From a virus (lineage: Duplodnaviria; Caudoviricetes), in the IMG/VR virus record IMGVR_UViG_3300032046_000034, positions 1 through 52,584 of that record: DNA of 52,584 nucleotides, one strand, 5' to 3'. Positions 8,719-17,660 of the stretch are shown here, piece by piece. Within the stretch, counting starts at the first letter, position 1; the number at the start of each line of letters is the position of its first letter. The position numbers and the translations under genes were made by a program. The notes under the pieces were generated by a model, which searched no databases, had not been told where the DNA came from, and saw nothing but the letters and a program-made list of their open reading frames with translations.

Positions 8719-8964
8719 TCAGCCGAGCACGGCCTCTAACCATTCATAGCCGCAGTTGCCGCAGATACGGTGAAAGTGCTCCCCAACTTCATGAGAACCT
8801 GGGGAACACGACCGACCATCTGACCTGGCCAACGCCCCAACACAATAGACCGTCTCGATGTTAGCAGGGCCAGCGGTGGCGATCTGTCCTGCAGTCCGGC
8901 TATCAATCGGGGAGGCTCCGCATTTCTGGCATGTGGCTCCCTCTGCCGAATACGGTCGTAGCAT
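8719..8964 (-). CDS. Zn-finger hypothetical protein
   Basis: CQKC...EHFHRICGNCGYEW. Confidence 0.6.
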   Translation of the reverse strand: MLRPYSAEGATCQKCGASPIDSRTAGQIATAGPANIETVYCVGALARSDGRSCSPGSHEVGEHFHRICGNCGYEWLEAVLG

Positions 8965-8968
8965 TCCA

Positions 8969-9385
8969 TCATCTCCTTCCGCTGACTACAAGAAGTGTCT
9001 CTACCTCCGGCTCCGTAAACCCGCCCCCTTCCGCCGAGCACACCCACCGGAAGGCGGTGTTGAGCAGCCTGCCGGCCGTCTCCCGCGTCGCCGGTCGGGC
9101 CAGCTTGGCGCCGATATCCTCTAGTGTCTTGCTAGCGATCCATAAGTCGGCTACCATTCGCAAACGTACACCATCGGGGTGTGCCCACTCTAGCCTCCCG
9201 AGGGCCCGGCAGAGGTCGAAGTAGTCAACGCTGACGGGGTACATACGCCCGCCCCTGCCTTGAATGCCCATCGAGATTAGGCATCGCGGCGGCTCGCCAG
9301 CTCGGCAGCCGGCTAGACCTTCGGCTTTCGCTCTCCAATGAGGACTGCCATCACGAACCTTGACCCACCAAGGCCGCTCGCCCAC
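8969..9385 (-). CDS. Putative HTH regulator (sigma region 4-like late activator)
   Basis: C-terminal KTLEDIGAKLARPATRETAGRLL HTH-like segment; position ahead of the late module. Confidence 0.45.
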   Translation of the reverse strand: MGERPWWVKVRDGSPHWRAKAEGLAGCRAGEPPRCLISMGIQGRGGRMYPVSVDYFDLCRALGRLEWAHPDGVRLRMVADLWIASKTLEDIGAKLARPATRETAGRLLNTAFRWVCSAEGGGFTEPEVETLLVVSGRR

Positions 9386-9396
9386 TCGCAGCCCTT

Positions 9397-9828
9397 TCTC
9401 CCCGCCTTAGAACGCCTTGCCTGCCCTACCACGCCCGAACGCACCAAGCCCAAGCGGGCCTTGCCTCACCAGCCTTACCACACCCGGCCCAGCCCAGCCA
9501 GGCCGCGCCAGGCCCCGTCACGCCCAGCCGCGCCGCGCCAGACCGCGCCATGCCTGCCGCACCCCGCCTTGCCGCACCCCGCCGCGCCGGACCGCATCGC
9601 ATCCCGCCGGACCAGACCTCTCCTCGCCTCGCCTGCGCTGCCTTGCCGCACCAGGCCAGGCCTCGCCGCACCCGGCCAAACCTCGCCTCACCGGGCCACG
9701 CCACGCCTCACCGGGCCACGCCACGCCAAGCCCCGCCTGCCTCGCCCGCCTTGCCTCACCAGATCGCACCCCACCAGGCCGCGCCACTCCTAGCCTCGCC
9801 ACGCCGAACCTGCGATACCTTGCCTGCC
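9397..9828 (-). ncRNA. GGY-NN pentamer array (candidate guide-RNA array)
   Basis: Five runs of 12, 20, 15, 16 and 9 pentamers (64 of 72 start GGC/GGT) separated by 4-nt phase breaks; begins at the stop codon of the gene pair upstream. Confidence 0.8.
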
Positions 9829-10283
9829 TAGGCTGCCTGCTCCTCCTCCTTCGCGTACTTCCCCAGGACACGGGCAATCGCCGCGAACACGGGCTTCAGT
9901 TCGGTTAGCGCCCCGTAGGTATGCCGCCAAGTCTGCAACTCCGCCAGGGCCATCAACAGCCACTCGTGCCGCTGCTCCGGGTTCGCCATCACATCCTTAC
10001 TGAAGCGGTAGCCCTGCTTTGCCGGCCGGTCGCTGGTCAGTGAGAGCAGCAACCGAATCGGCGCTTGACTGGCAGGCTCCACCACCCAGTAGGCCGCGAT
10101 TAGCTCCCGCGCCTGCCACAATCTGTACTCATGGGCGGCCTTCTCGTCATTCCAGAGGAATTGCCCATGCAGGGGCGAGGCTTCATCCACCGCAGCCATT
10201 ACGACCTGCTCGGGCCGCACCAAGCCGCGGTTCTTCTTGGCGATCTTCCTCAGTTCATCGAGTATCTTGGTGTCCTTCTTCAT
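9828..10283 (-). CDS. Accessory protein of the RAMP/array locus
   Basis: PEQVV.AA.DEASPLH.QFLWND..AA..YRL.QAR.LI motif; ATGA-coupled to the RAMP gene. Confidence 0.75.
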   Translation of the reverse strand: MKKDTKILDELRKIAKKNRGLVRPEQVVMAAVDEASPLHGQFLWNDEKAAHEYRLWQARELIAAYWVVEPASQAPIRLLLSLTSDRPAKQGYRFSKDVMANPEQRHEWLLMALAELQTWRHTYGALTELKPVFAAIARVLGKYAKEEEQAA

Positions 10284-10972
10284 TCCGGCATTTCTCCTAT
10301 CACGTCGAAGAGGCCGTAGCCGATGCCTGCTGACTTCTTGCTGTCGGGGCGCCCCTCGCCGATGCCGACCTGCTGGCCAGCTCGCATCAGGAGATTCGCC
10401 AGGTCAGAGAAGGCAATCATGTCGGCGTCGAACCGGATGCGAAGCGCCGCATGCCATTCGTCAAACCGTGGTCGGGCCCGCAGGTCGACGACGCCCGTCT
10501 CATTGCGAGCATAGCGGACATCCATGACAGGCTCACCATAGACCCGCACGAGCGGCGTTCCGTCCTCATCGATGCCATCGGCCTCAATGAAGGCCGCCAA
10601 TTTCATCTGCGTCATCTTGATGCCAGCGGTTCGGCAAGCGGAGATCATCGCGCCCCGGATGGAGGCTGCATTGAACCCGTCCCAGCCAGCCTTCTTGTCA
10701 CGGTAGCGGGCTGCCTCATATTCGGCGTCGAAGTCCCGGGGCGGCTTATCCTTCCTGCTCTTGTTGACGCGGCTCCCCGCTTGATGCTTCGCCATGAGTT
10801 CTGCTTTGGCGGAGAAACGGTGTAACATGAGTGGAGCGGTCCCCACGATGTGGGCGGTCGCTATCTTGAAGTTCGGGGCGGTGACTGTAAGGACTCCACC
10901 TTCCTGAGCCGCCCCGACTTCCTGTCGCCTCTCCTCCAATAGAACTGTCCCTGGCCCATTCTTCCGTACCAT
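10280..10972 (-). CDS. Stand-alone Cas7/RAMP-like RNA-binding protein
   Basis: IVGTAPLMLHRF first strand, AASIRGAMISAC helix, C-terminal Gly loop AGQQVGIGEGRP..GIGYGLF; GGAGGTGA RBS. Confidence 0.75.
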   Translation of the reverse strand: MVRKNGPGTVLLEERRQEVGAAQEGGVLTVTAPNFKIATAHIVGTAPLMLHRFSAKAELMAKHQAGSRVNKSRKDKPPRDFDAEYEAARYRDKKAGWDGFNAASIRGAMISACRTAGIKMTQMKLAAFIEADGIDEDGTPLVRVYGEPVMDVRYARNETGVVDLRARPRFDEWHAALRIRFDADMIAFSDLANLLMRAGQQVGIGEGRPDSKKSAGIGYGLFDVIGEMPE

Positions 10973-11020
10973 TTCACCTCCTGGCCCTTCCGGGCCGCTA
11001 CAAGCTGCCATCCGGCAGTT

Positions 11021-13017
11021 CTATCCCCTCTCCCCGCCTACTTTTGAGATGTCGTGCATTTCCCAGATACCTCTGTGCTTGTGCCATCCTAACTCAACCG
11101 GCGTTTTTGTCTTGATTAGCCAAGGCCACACATCGAATGTTGCTAGGCGAGCTATCTCGGTCACATCCATGCTGCCCGCTCTGTGCCAGCGCAGTGCCGC
11201 CTCAGCTCCATCAAAGCAACCCCGCCGATATTCCGACTGGCCAAGCCACCGGATGATTGCTCTAAGCATCGCCTCGGCCTTTCTCCCCGCCTAATCTCAA
11301 ATGCCCACAGGGCAGCAACTCGGCGCCCCTGCTGCCGATGTAGTCACAGTCTGGACAGCACCGGCCCGGCTCATAGCGGCGAATGGCCCGGTCCCGGGCT
11401 GCCTCAAGGCCCTTAACGATCTCGCAGTGTCGTGCCAAGGCGGCCTCTAGACGGTTGACGACGTCAGTTCCGCTCATGGCTCCTCCTCCAGGTGCGCGAA
11501 CGGGGCGAGGGCGGCACACAGCGGGTTGTGGCAAGGCCCGTAGACGTTCTCCGCACTATCCAGGCAGGGCGAAACAAGAACTGTTCGCTCACCTTTACAT
11601 TCACGGCACCGTACCCTCCCCGCCGCCCTCACCAGCGCCCGGACACTCGCCTCTAGGTCTTCGGGCGGGAGGGCAAGGCGGCGGCAGCCATGCCAAGCAA
11701 GCCAAGCGTCGTGTGACTGGCGTCCGATGTTCCAGCGCGTATCGCTCACCTTCTCACCTCCTGCCTTAGCCTTTCACAATGATTCCCAACTGGTAGTCGA
11801 AGCGGGGGGCACGGCGGTCTGCCAACAGTGCCATGGCCTTGTCGCGGGTGACATGGCGCTTGTCCATCTCCGCATCTCCCCCGATTCCCCACTGGTAGTC
11901 GAAGCCGTCTTCAGGGTGCCAACGGACAGCAACGTAGTCTAACAGTTCCCAGCCGTCAGCTACCGGCGGGGCATCCTGTGACGGTGGTGGAATATCAACC
12001 GAGCAAAAGCCACCGTTGGAATCTGACACCTTCTGCGCCAACCCTTCCAGCAGCGTTATCGGGTCGTCCAGCGCCTCGTCCCGCTCGCGCCATGCCTCCC
12101 TAAGTACAGCGCCGAGGTATCGCACGGTGATACGCCAATAGGGAGTGAGATTCGTTTCATTAGGGTCAGCAGCGCGGGCCAGTATCCGCTCCAGGTCCTC
12201 GTCCGTGAGGGGCTTAGTCATGGCCTGCCTCCTTCACGATGCAGACGGCATGGCGGTAGGCCGCAATAAAGCGATCGCAGTCCTCAATGTTAGCGAATAT
12301 GTTCCGACTCCCTTCGGTCTCCACACCCATCTGCACCATGCCCTTGTAGCAGTCCTCGTTGCAGGCCCGCAGTTCTTCCAGCGCCGCCCACGCCTCCCTG
12401 ACGGCGGCGACGAGGGCGAGTACGTCCTCAGCGCGGATAGGATAGAGGCCGCCGTGTCTGGCCGCGTCGGTGGCGAATGCCTCCATCCTCGCCAGGTCCT
12501 CGTCCGTGTAGTGCTTACGGTCGGTGGTCATGGCCCTTTTCCTAGACCCCGGCACCCAATCTCACTGCCCCCATAACCATGCAACCAACATTCTGCCTTG
12601 CCACACCGAGAACAGCGGCGAATCGGAATCCGCCAAATCGTGATGGGCCAAGCGTCGAGGATAGTCAGAGCCCGATCCTGTTGCCACTTGTGAAACCACA
12701 GAACGCACATTAGTCCATCACCTCCACTGTCACCCAGGTCATGGCTTCCTCGCTGCGCCCATGATCTCAGCAGCACGGTCTGTCATAGCCTGGCCTCTAT
12801 CGGGAGTCCATTCTGGTATCCACCACCCAGGATGCTCATGGGCATACTCAACCTTGAACGAAGTGCTGCGGCTATCACAGGCCCCTGTATCACACTTCGG
12901 GCAGCATCTACCGAAAGCCCACTGGCGGGCATCAACTTCGATGCCGCAGCACAGGCACCTGAATGGCTGATGCCAACGCCAGCCCCGAAAGTCTATGTAC
13001 ACTTCGGTCATCGTCAT
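11021..13017 (-). other. Run of about 7 small coupled hypothetical ORFs (11021-11269, 11262-11477, 11474-11749, 11766-12221, 12214-12531, 12528-12710, 12739-13017)
   Basis: ATGA/GTGA overlaps, GGAGG RBSs, several CxxC pairs. Confidence 0.6.
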
Positions 13018-13040
13018 GACTCCCACCTTTCCACTGTCAC

Positions 13041-14132
13041 CTACGGTTTGCACGCCCACGGTCCCCACCCCTGTTCCATCCAAATCTGACACGCAACCGC
13101 CACATTCACGGCGGGGTCTAAGGCTGCTCCAAGTCCGCCGTAGGGTTCAAATCGCCAGGCGTGGATGGCGTTAATCTGAAAAAGACTGTAGTTACCATTG
13201 CTGACGGCGGTAGCATCCCCACCAGACTCGCAGGCGAGGACGCGCAGCGCATCACCAATGTCCCAGGAGCAGGCCGAAACAATGCCTCGCCATCGCTCAA
13301 TGGCGGGCGGGAACTCGGTGGCGATTGCGGGAGAGCCTCCAGGGCTTCGAGCTTCTGCTCCACGATCGCTACCCGTTGGTAGAGTTTCCGCAGGTGCCTC
13401 TCTACCCACGCCGCCGTATCCTCGGCGAGTGCCGCCCTCGCTTCGCGCGTCTCCTCCGGCCCGTTCGCCCCATCCCAAGGAGATGATGGTGGGGTCTCCT
13501 GACCAGTAGATACCCCCGCAGGCCATCCCTGAGGCGTTATAGGATTCGCGGTAGTGGGCAGCGATTGCGGGCCATCCTCCAGGGCTGCCAGCCTGTCCTC
13601 TATCCCACGAATCACCCCCTCCAGGGTTATCTTCTGATTCCCAGGCAGTTGTCGCCATACGTCCCAGAATGTCAGCGGGTTCAACACCGGATGCGGATCG
13701 CGTTTTGGCGGGCTCGCTTCGCGCGTCTCCTCCGGCCCGTTCGCCCCATCCCAAGGAGAGGCCAGCGCCTCGTCGCCCAAGGACGGCGGAGCACGGTGGC
13801 CCAGGGCCGCTGCCGCCGCACTCATCAGGGCTCGCCCCACCTCCACCATCCGCTTGCCTGCTCTGAAGTTCGCCATCTCGTCCGTTCGTGACATCTACCG
13901 CCTCCTGTCCGCCGCATCCAGCGGGGTCTCGCACCAAGGCCCCGCGCAGTGCGCTTCCAGCCACCGGCCAAGCATAATCCCCAGGGCCATCAAGACAGGC
14001 AAGATCGCTACCCCTATCAGGCAGCCGATCCAGAAATGATCCATGCGTTCCTCCTCCCGTAAATACAAAGCCCAGACTGATCGCCGTCAGGATTACGCCT
14101 AGCTGTGCCAGCCTGGGGATGTGCCATCTCAG
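13041..14132 (-). CDS. Secreted/membrane lytic transglycosylase (SLT/lysozyme-like), putative CTG start
   Basis: C-terminal CESGG...NYSLFQIN...DPAVNVAVA..IW..QGWGPW domain; frame open up to a signal-like RWHIPRLAQLGVILTAISLGFVF. Confidence 0.7.
   Translation of the reverse strand: MRWHIPRLAQLGVILTAISLGFVFTGGGTHGSFLDRLPDRGSDLACLDGPGDYAWPVAGSALRGALVRDPAGCGGQEAVDVTNGRDGELQSRQADGGGGASPDECGGSGPGPPCSAVLGRRGAGLSLGWGERAGGDARSEPAKTRSASGVEPADILGRMATTAWESEDNPGGGDSWDRGQAGSPGGWPAIAAHYRESYNASGMACGGIYWSGDPTIISLGWGERAGGDARSEGGTRRGYGGVGREAPAETLPTGSDRGAEARSPGGSPAIATEFPPAIERWRGIVSACSWDIGDALRVLACESGGDATAVSNGNYSLFQINAIHAWRFEPYGGLGAALDPAVNVAVACQIWMEQGWGPWACKP
13118..13894 (-). CDS. Coiled-coil protein nested in another frame of the SLT gene
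   Basis: AGGAGG RBS plus ATG; heptads IRGIEDRLAALE and LYQRVAIVEQKLEALE. Confidence 0.6.
   Translation of the reverse strand: MSRTDEMANFRAGKRMVEVGRALMSAAAAALGHRAPPSLGDEALASPWDGANGPEETREASPPKRDPHPVLNPLTFWDVWRQLPGNQKITLEGVIRGIEDRLAALEDGPQSLPTTANPITPQGWPAGVSTGQETPPSSPWDGANGPEETREARAALAEDTAAWVERHLRKLYQRVAIVEQKLEALEALPQSPPSSRPPLSDGEALFRPAPGTLVMRCASSPASLVGMLPPSAMVTTVFFRLTPSTPGDLNPTADLEQP
13437..13759. repeat. 47-bp exact direct repeat (13437-13483 and 13713-13759)
   Basis: CTCGCTTCGCGCGTCTCCTCCGGCCCGTTCGCCCCATCCCAAGGAGA occurs twice. Confidence 0.9.
13895..14044 (-). CDS. Small TM protein nested in the SLT gene
   Basis: GGAGGAGG RBS; MDHFWIGCLIGVAILPVLMALGIMLGRW. Confidence 0.6.
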   Translation of the reverse strand: MDHFWIGCLIGVAILPVLMALGIMLGRWLEAHCAGPWCETPLDAADRRR

Positions 14133-14329
14133 CGCTCCGTCCTTTGTAGGTCAGCCCGTCGGAGCCACAGGCGCTCGATCTCCCCGCAGCACCCACACGT
14201 GGAAACGGGGAACGCAACCCGAAGCAAATCCGTATCGCGTCCGCTCACGGTTCCCGTCCAGCCAATGAACGGCCCCTTTGAAACTCGGACATGATCGCCA
14301 ATGTTAATTGGCTTAGACCACCAGCTCAT
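14129..14329 (-). CDS. KOW-motif protein
   Basis: IGDHVRVSKGPFIGWTGTV. Confidence 0.65.
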   Translation of the reverse strand: MSWWSKPINIGDHVRVSKGPFIGWTGTVSGRDTDLLRVAFPVSTCGCCGEIERLWLRRADLQRTER

Positions 14330-14427
14330 GTTCCTTCTCCTTTCCTCCCTGCCAGCACCGGCAGGGTTAGCGGGGCCAGCCCGCCGCTCTCTTGGCAAGC
14401 CAAAGTTGGTTCCGTGAATCAGCCATG

Positions 14428-16425
14428 TCACTCCCTCCTTGCGCGCATGGCCCGAATGTCGTAGCAGGTATGAATCAGGCACACGCAGCGGTCCCACTTC
14501 TTGCCAGCCAGTCGGAAGGGTTTTCCCTCGTGGTATCCGATATCATCCGGCGGCTCGACCTCCGGAAACAGCGGACAGTACCGCTTGTCGTGGAGCAGGT
14601 CTTTCTCGCAGCGGGGGCAGTGGTAGGGCCCAGGCGGCATGATTCCTTCTACCCGCCCGCTCCGCCCACTAATCATGTTGGGTGTGGTACTAAGTTCCAC
14701 GGGCATCACCCCCCTTCTAGCGGCTCCGTCCTGATTGCGTCCTTGTCTGCCGTGGCCAGTGTCTGCCTTCGGCGGTGTATCGCCTTCGCTAACTCGTCAT
14801 CCATGCGGGCGGTCGTCAGCCTAGCCTGCTCCAGAACCTCCGCAGCCTGCGAGGATGCATAGGGCACCCGCCCGCTTTCTGGGATCAGCAAGCGGCGGCT
14901 CTGCCGAATGAACTTCTCCGTCCAAGCGGGGTCATCGCCTTCGATCACGTTTATGGCACAGGCCAGAGCATCAGAGAGGCGTTGCATCCGTTCCTTCACC
15001 GCCGCGATCTCAGCACGGAGGGCAGCATTCTCGTTCTCCAGGGCCGTCCAACGTTCAGTCTCCTGATTCCCGAATGCCATCACTCACCTCCTCTTGCCTC
15101 GGCAGCACGGCGCACATGTCGCCAGACCTCACGGAAGGTACACTCGGGACTGTGATTCTCGAAGGCTCGCACGTCCACGCCTTCACCGGCACCGCAGTCC
15201 ACACAGATGTCCTTAGTGCTGAGGCTGTGGTATTCAAGGAGTCGCCGCGTCTCGCTCTCCAGATCGGCCAGCGCCTCGTCCTTCACGTCGAGGTCGGCGA
15301 GGAGGGCAAGGACATGGGGTGCCCGGGCGGCCTTCCGCATTCGCGCCCGCTCCGCCTTAGTCAGCATGGCTGGCCTCCTTCCAGGCGGGCACGCGCTTCC
15401 TTTGCACAGACCCTCTTGCCACCCTGATGTATGCAGGGTGCTATGTAGGACGTGCATTCTCTGCTGTCACGTCCTTGGTCAAAGCTCGCCAGCGCGAGGC
15501 GGGCGGCGAGCTGCTTAATGTCACGCTGCGTCACTAGAGTTAGCCCAGCGATCCGAGCATCAAGTGCCCACCGCGCCTCGTCTATCGGGTCAGGCATCAG
15601 AAGCCTCCTTTCCCCGCAGTCGGCCGGTTTCAGCGTGTTACGCTCGACGAGCATCTTCTCCACCAGTTCAATCAGCGCGTCCTGCACCTCGAGGAGTCGC
15701 TTCATCTCGGGGTATCTGCCGGGCATACCGGTGCCTCCTTGACCTTCCGAGTAGACCAGTACAGGTCCACGATGACATCCCAGGGAACGGCGCGCTCACG
15801 ACGAGCCGTTACGCCGTTCGCATGATCCCGAGGGATAATGTAGTCGCGCACTTCGGCTTTGAGTTGGCGGAACTCCTCATCGGTCATGGGGCGCCCCCTT
15901 CTCGAGCAATGCCGCCAGCGGTGTCAGTCCAGCCAGGGTCTTCGGCTCTACCGTTCTCTCTCGCTTCTTAAGCCAGAGGGCGCCGCACGGGCATCGCTGC
16001 GGCTCAAACCGGGCCGGCACCTTGTCCTCGCTCGGCTGCCAGTCATGGACGTGCCGCGGCTGAAGGGCAGGCATCAGGCCGCTTGTCCGCTCTCCGCGGC
16101 ACACCTGGCATTGAACCAGGGCGTAGCCGTGGCCGAGGTACATCTTCAGGAGCCCCACACCGCGGCACCGCCAGCACTCCCAGATATCGTGGTACTCATC
16201 CACGGGCTCTTGGCCGCGGAGTGACCCATCCGCCAGGCAGTACTCCTCACCATCCGGTAGGAGGTAGATGTTACCGAGGACATGAGAAGCTCCGAAGTAC
16301 AGGACAGCGAAGGCGTCATGGGGCTTTGGCGGCGGCATCGAGAATTGGGAGGCCCGCTGCCCACCCGATGACTGGGATGCCGCCGATCTCTGTTGGCCTG
16401 TTGTCTGGCTGTTCCTTTGGCTCAT
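14428..16425 (-). other. Run of small early hypothetical ORFs
   Basis: Coupled ORFs including 14428-14709, 14706-15083, 15702-15887 and 15877-16425. Confidence 0.5.
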
Positions 16426-17113
16426 CTCGTAACTCCTGTCTCTCGTTGGGCTCCCGGCCTTCAGCCTTGCACCGCCGAGCAATCGCTTCCAGGTAGCGAA
16501 CCGAAGGTTTGGTCTGGCCTGACTCCAGCGCTGCCTTCCAGCAGCCCCACATGAAGTCCGAGCCATATTCTTCTTCAAGGTCGGTGTAGCCCTGAAAATA
16601 GACGGCACCGGCCCCAGGCCAGATCGCCATCACGGCCTGCATCAACCGCGACGGCGACGGCGCGCCGACTGGGGGGGTAGGGGGGGTTGTGGTCTTGTGA
16701 TGTACGGTACGGTACGGTACGGTAGGCCGATCATGATCGGCAGTGATCGCCGCTGTCCGTAAATGTTCGCCATTCTCGTTTGGACAGATGAAAGCGAAGG
16801 GTGGCGCAGGACGGTGGCGACGGGTGATCTCCCCCTGGTACTTCTCAAAGTGACACCAGTGAAGCCAGTCATAGCCGGCGCCATGCTGGACGCAAAGTTT
16901 CTTCATCTCTATGAGGCGCTCGATGGCGGTGGCGACCTTGGCTCGGGTACTACGTTGGGGAAATACCATGCCCTTTGCCTGGTCTTGGCGCAAAAGACCC
17001 CAAGCGTCAGTGTGGGCAATCCCCCAGGTGTAGAAGAGAGCGTCATGCGCACTAGCCTCATTCAGGGCGATGGACAGACTTACTGTGTTATGAAGGCACC
17101 GCCACTTAGCCAT
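16316..17113 (-). CDS. Phage replication initiator (replisome-organiser type with DnaD-like C-terminus)
   Basis: N-terminal LFYTWGIAHTDAWG helical domain, Pro/Thr linker, C-terminal KPSVRYLEAIARRCKAEG. Confidence 0.65.
   Translation of the reverse strand: MAKWRCLHNTVSLSIALNEASAHDALFYTWGIAHTDAWGLLRQDQAKGMVFPQRSTRAKVATAIERLIEMKKLCVQHGAGYDWLHWCHFEKYQGEITRRHRPAPPFAFICPNENGEHLRTAAITADHDRPTVPYRTVHHKTTTPPTPPVGAPSPSRLMQAVMAIWPGAGAVYFQGYTDLEEEYGSDFMWGCWKAALESGQTKPSVRYLEAIARRCKAEGREPNERQELRDEPKEQPDNRPTEIGGIPVIGWAAGLPILDAAAKAP
16671..16724. repeat. GTACG x4 tandem plus G-rich tract inside the rep gene (putative origin)
   Basis: GGGGGGGTAGGGGGGG...GTACGGTACGGTACGGTACGGTA in the linker-coding region. 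Confidence 0.5.
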
Positions 17114-17660
17114 ATCGTCGCCCTCCCTGCGGGCTCATCGCGGCATGACGCATCTCGCGGCCTTGGGCTATCCTTGCCTCTGCCGCCTCCCACCTGTCGA
17201 GCATCCGCCGGCACGTGAAGCAGTGCTGTCCGTCCACTAGCGCCGTGATCGCGTGGTCGGGCCCGATGAAGATGCCGCATTGGCCACAGCGGGCGTGAGT
17301 CGCCGCCAGCTTGCCACAGATGTTGCAGCACCGATCCTCAGAGGTCGGGTGGACATAGCTCATGGGCAGCACCCTGCCGTCGCACGCGGGTCAGCGGTCA
17401 CAGCAGGACCTCTTGGGCTAGCATCTTTAGGGCACGCTTGCAGACCAGGATGGCCTCCTGGGGCGGATTCACTTCTGGCTCATCCACAATTGATGGGCAG
17501 CACAGACCATCACCTCGTTCATCGGTGACGTGATACTTGCCGACGAAACCCCAGGTTCTGGTTGCTGCACGCTGGGCAAAGGACTGATGTGTGCCGCCTA
17601 CTTGTCCCGCGCACCCTGCCGCGCGGCAGTCCAGCGGGCCGATGGCGGCCATGTTCTTGT

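Noticed and set aside
9559-9633. Self-target matches: U3 to the collagen gene (PAGADGA) and U5 to the start of 8969-9385
   Set aside because: Short partial matches in GC-rich or low-complexity sequence that do not extend; likely chance.
9397-9828. Canonical CRISPR array or simple microsatellite
   Set aside because: There is no 25-40-bp repeat with spacers and no cas1/cas2; variation is confined to two positions per pentamer, unlike a decaying microsatellite.
9338-9908. Pro/Arg- and Gly/Arg-rich ORFs over the pentamer array
   Set aside because: By-products of a stop-poor 5-nt repeat open in several frames on both strands; 5-nt periodicity with 4-nt breaks is not codon-compatible.
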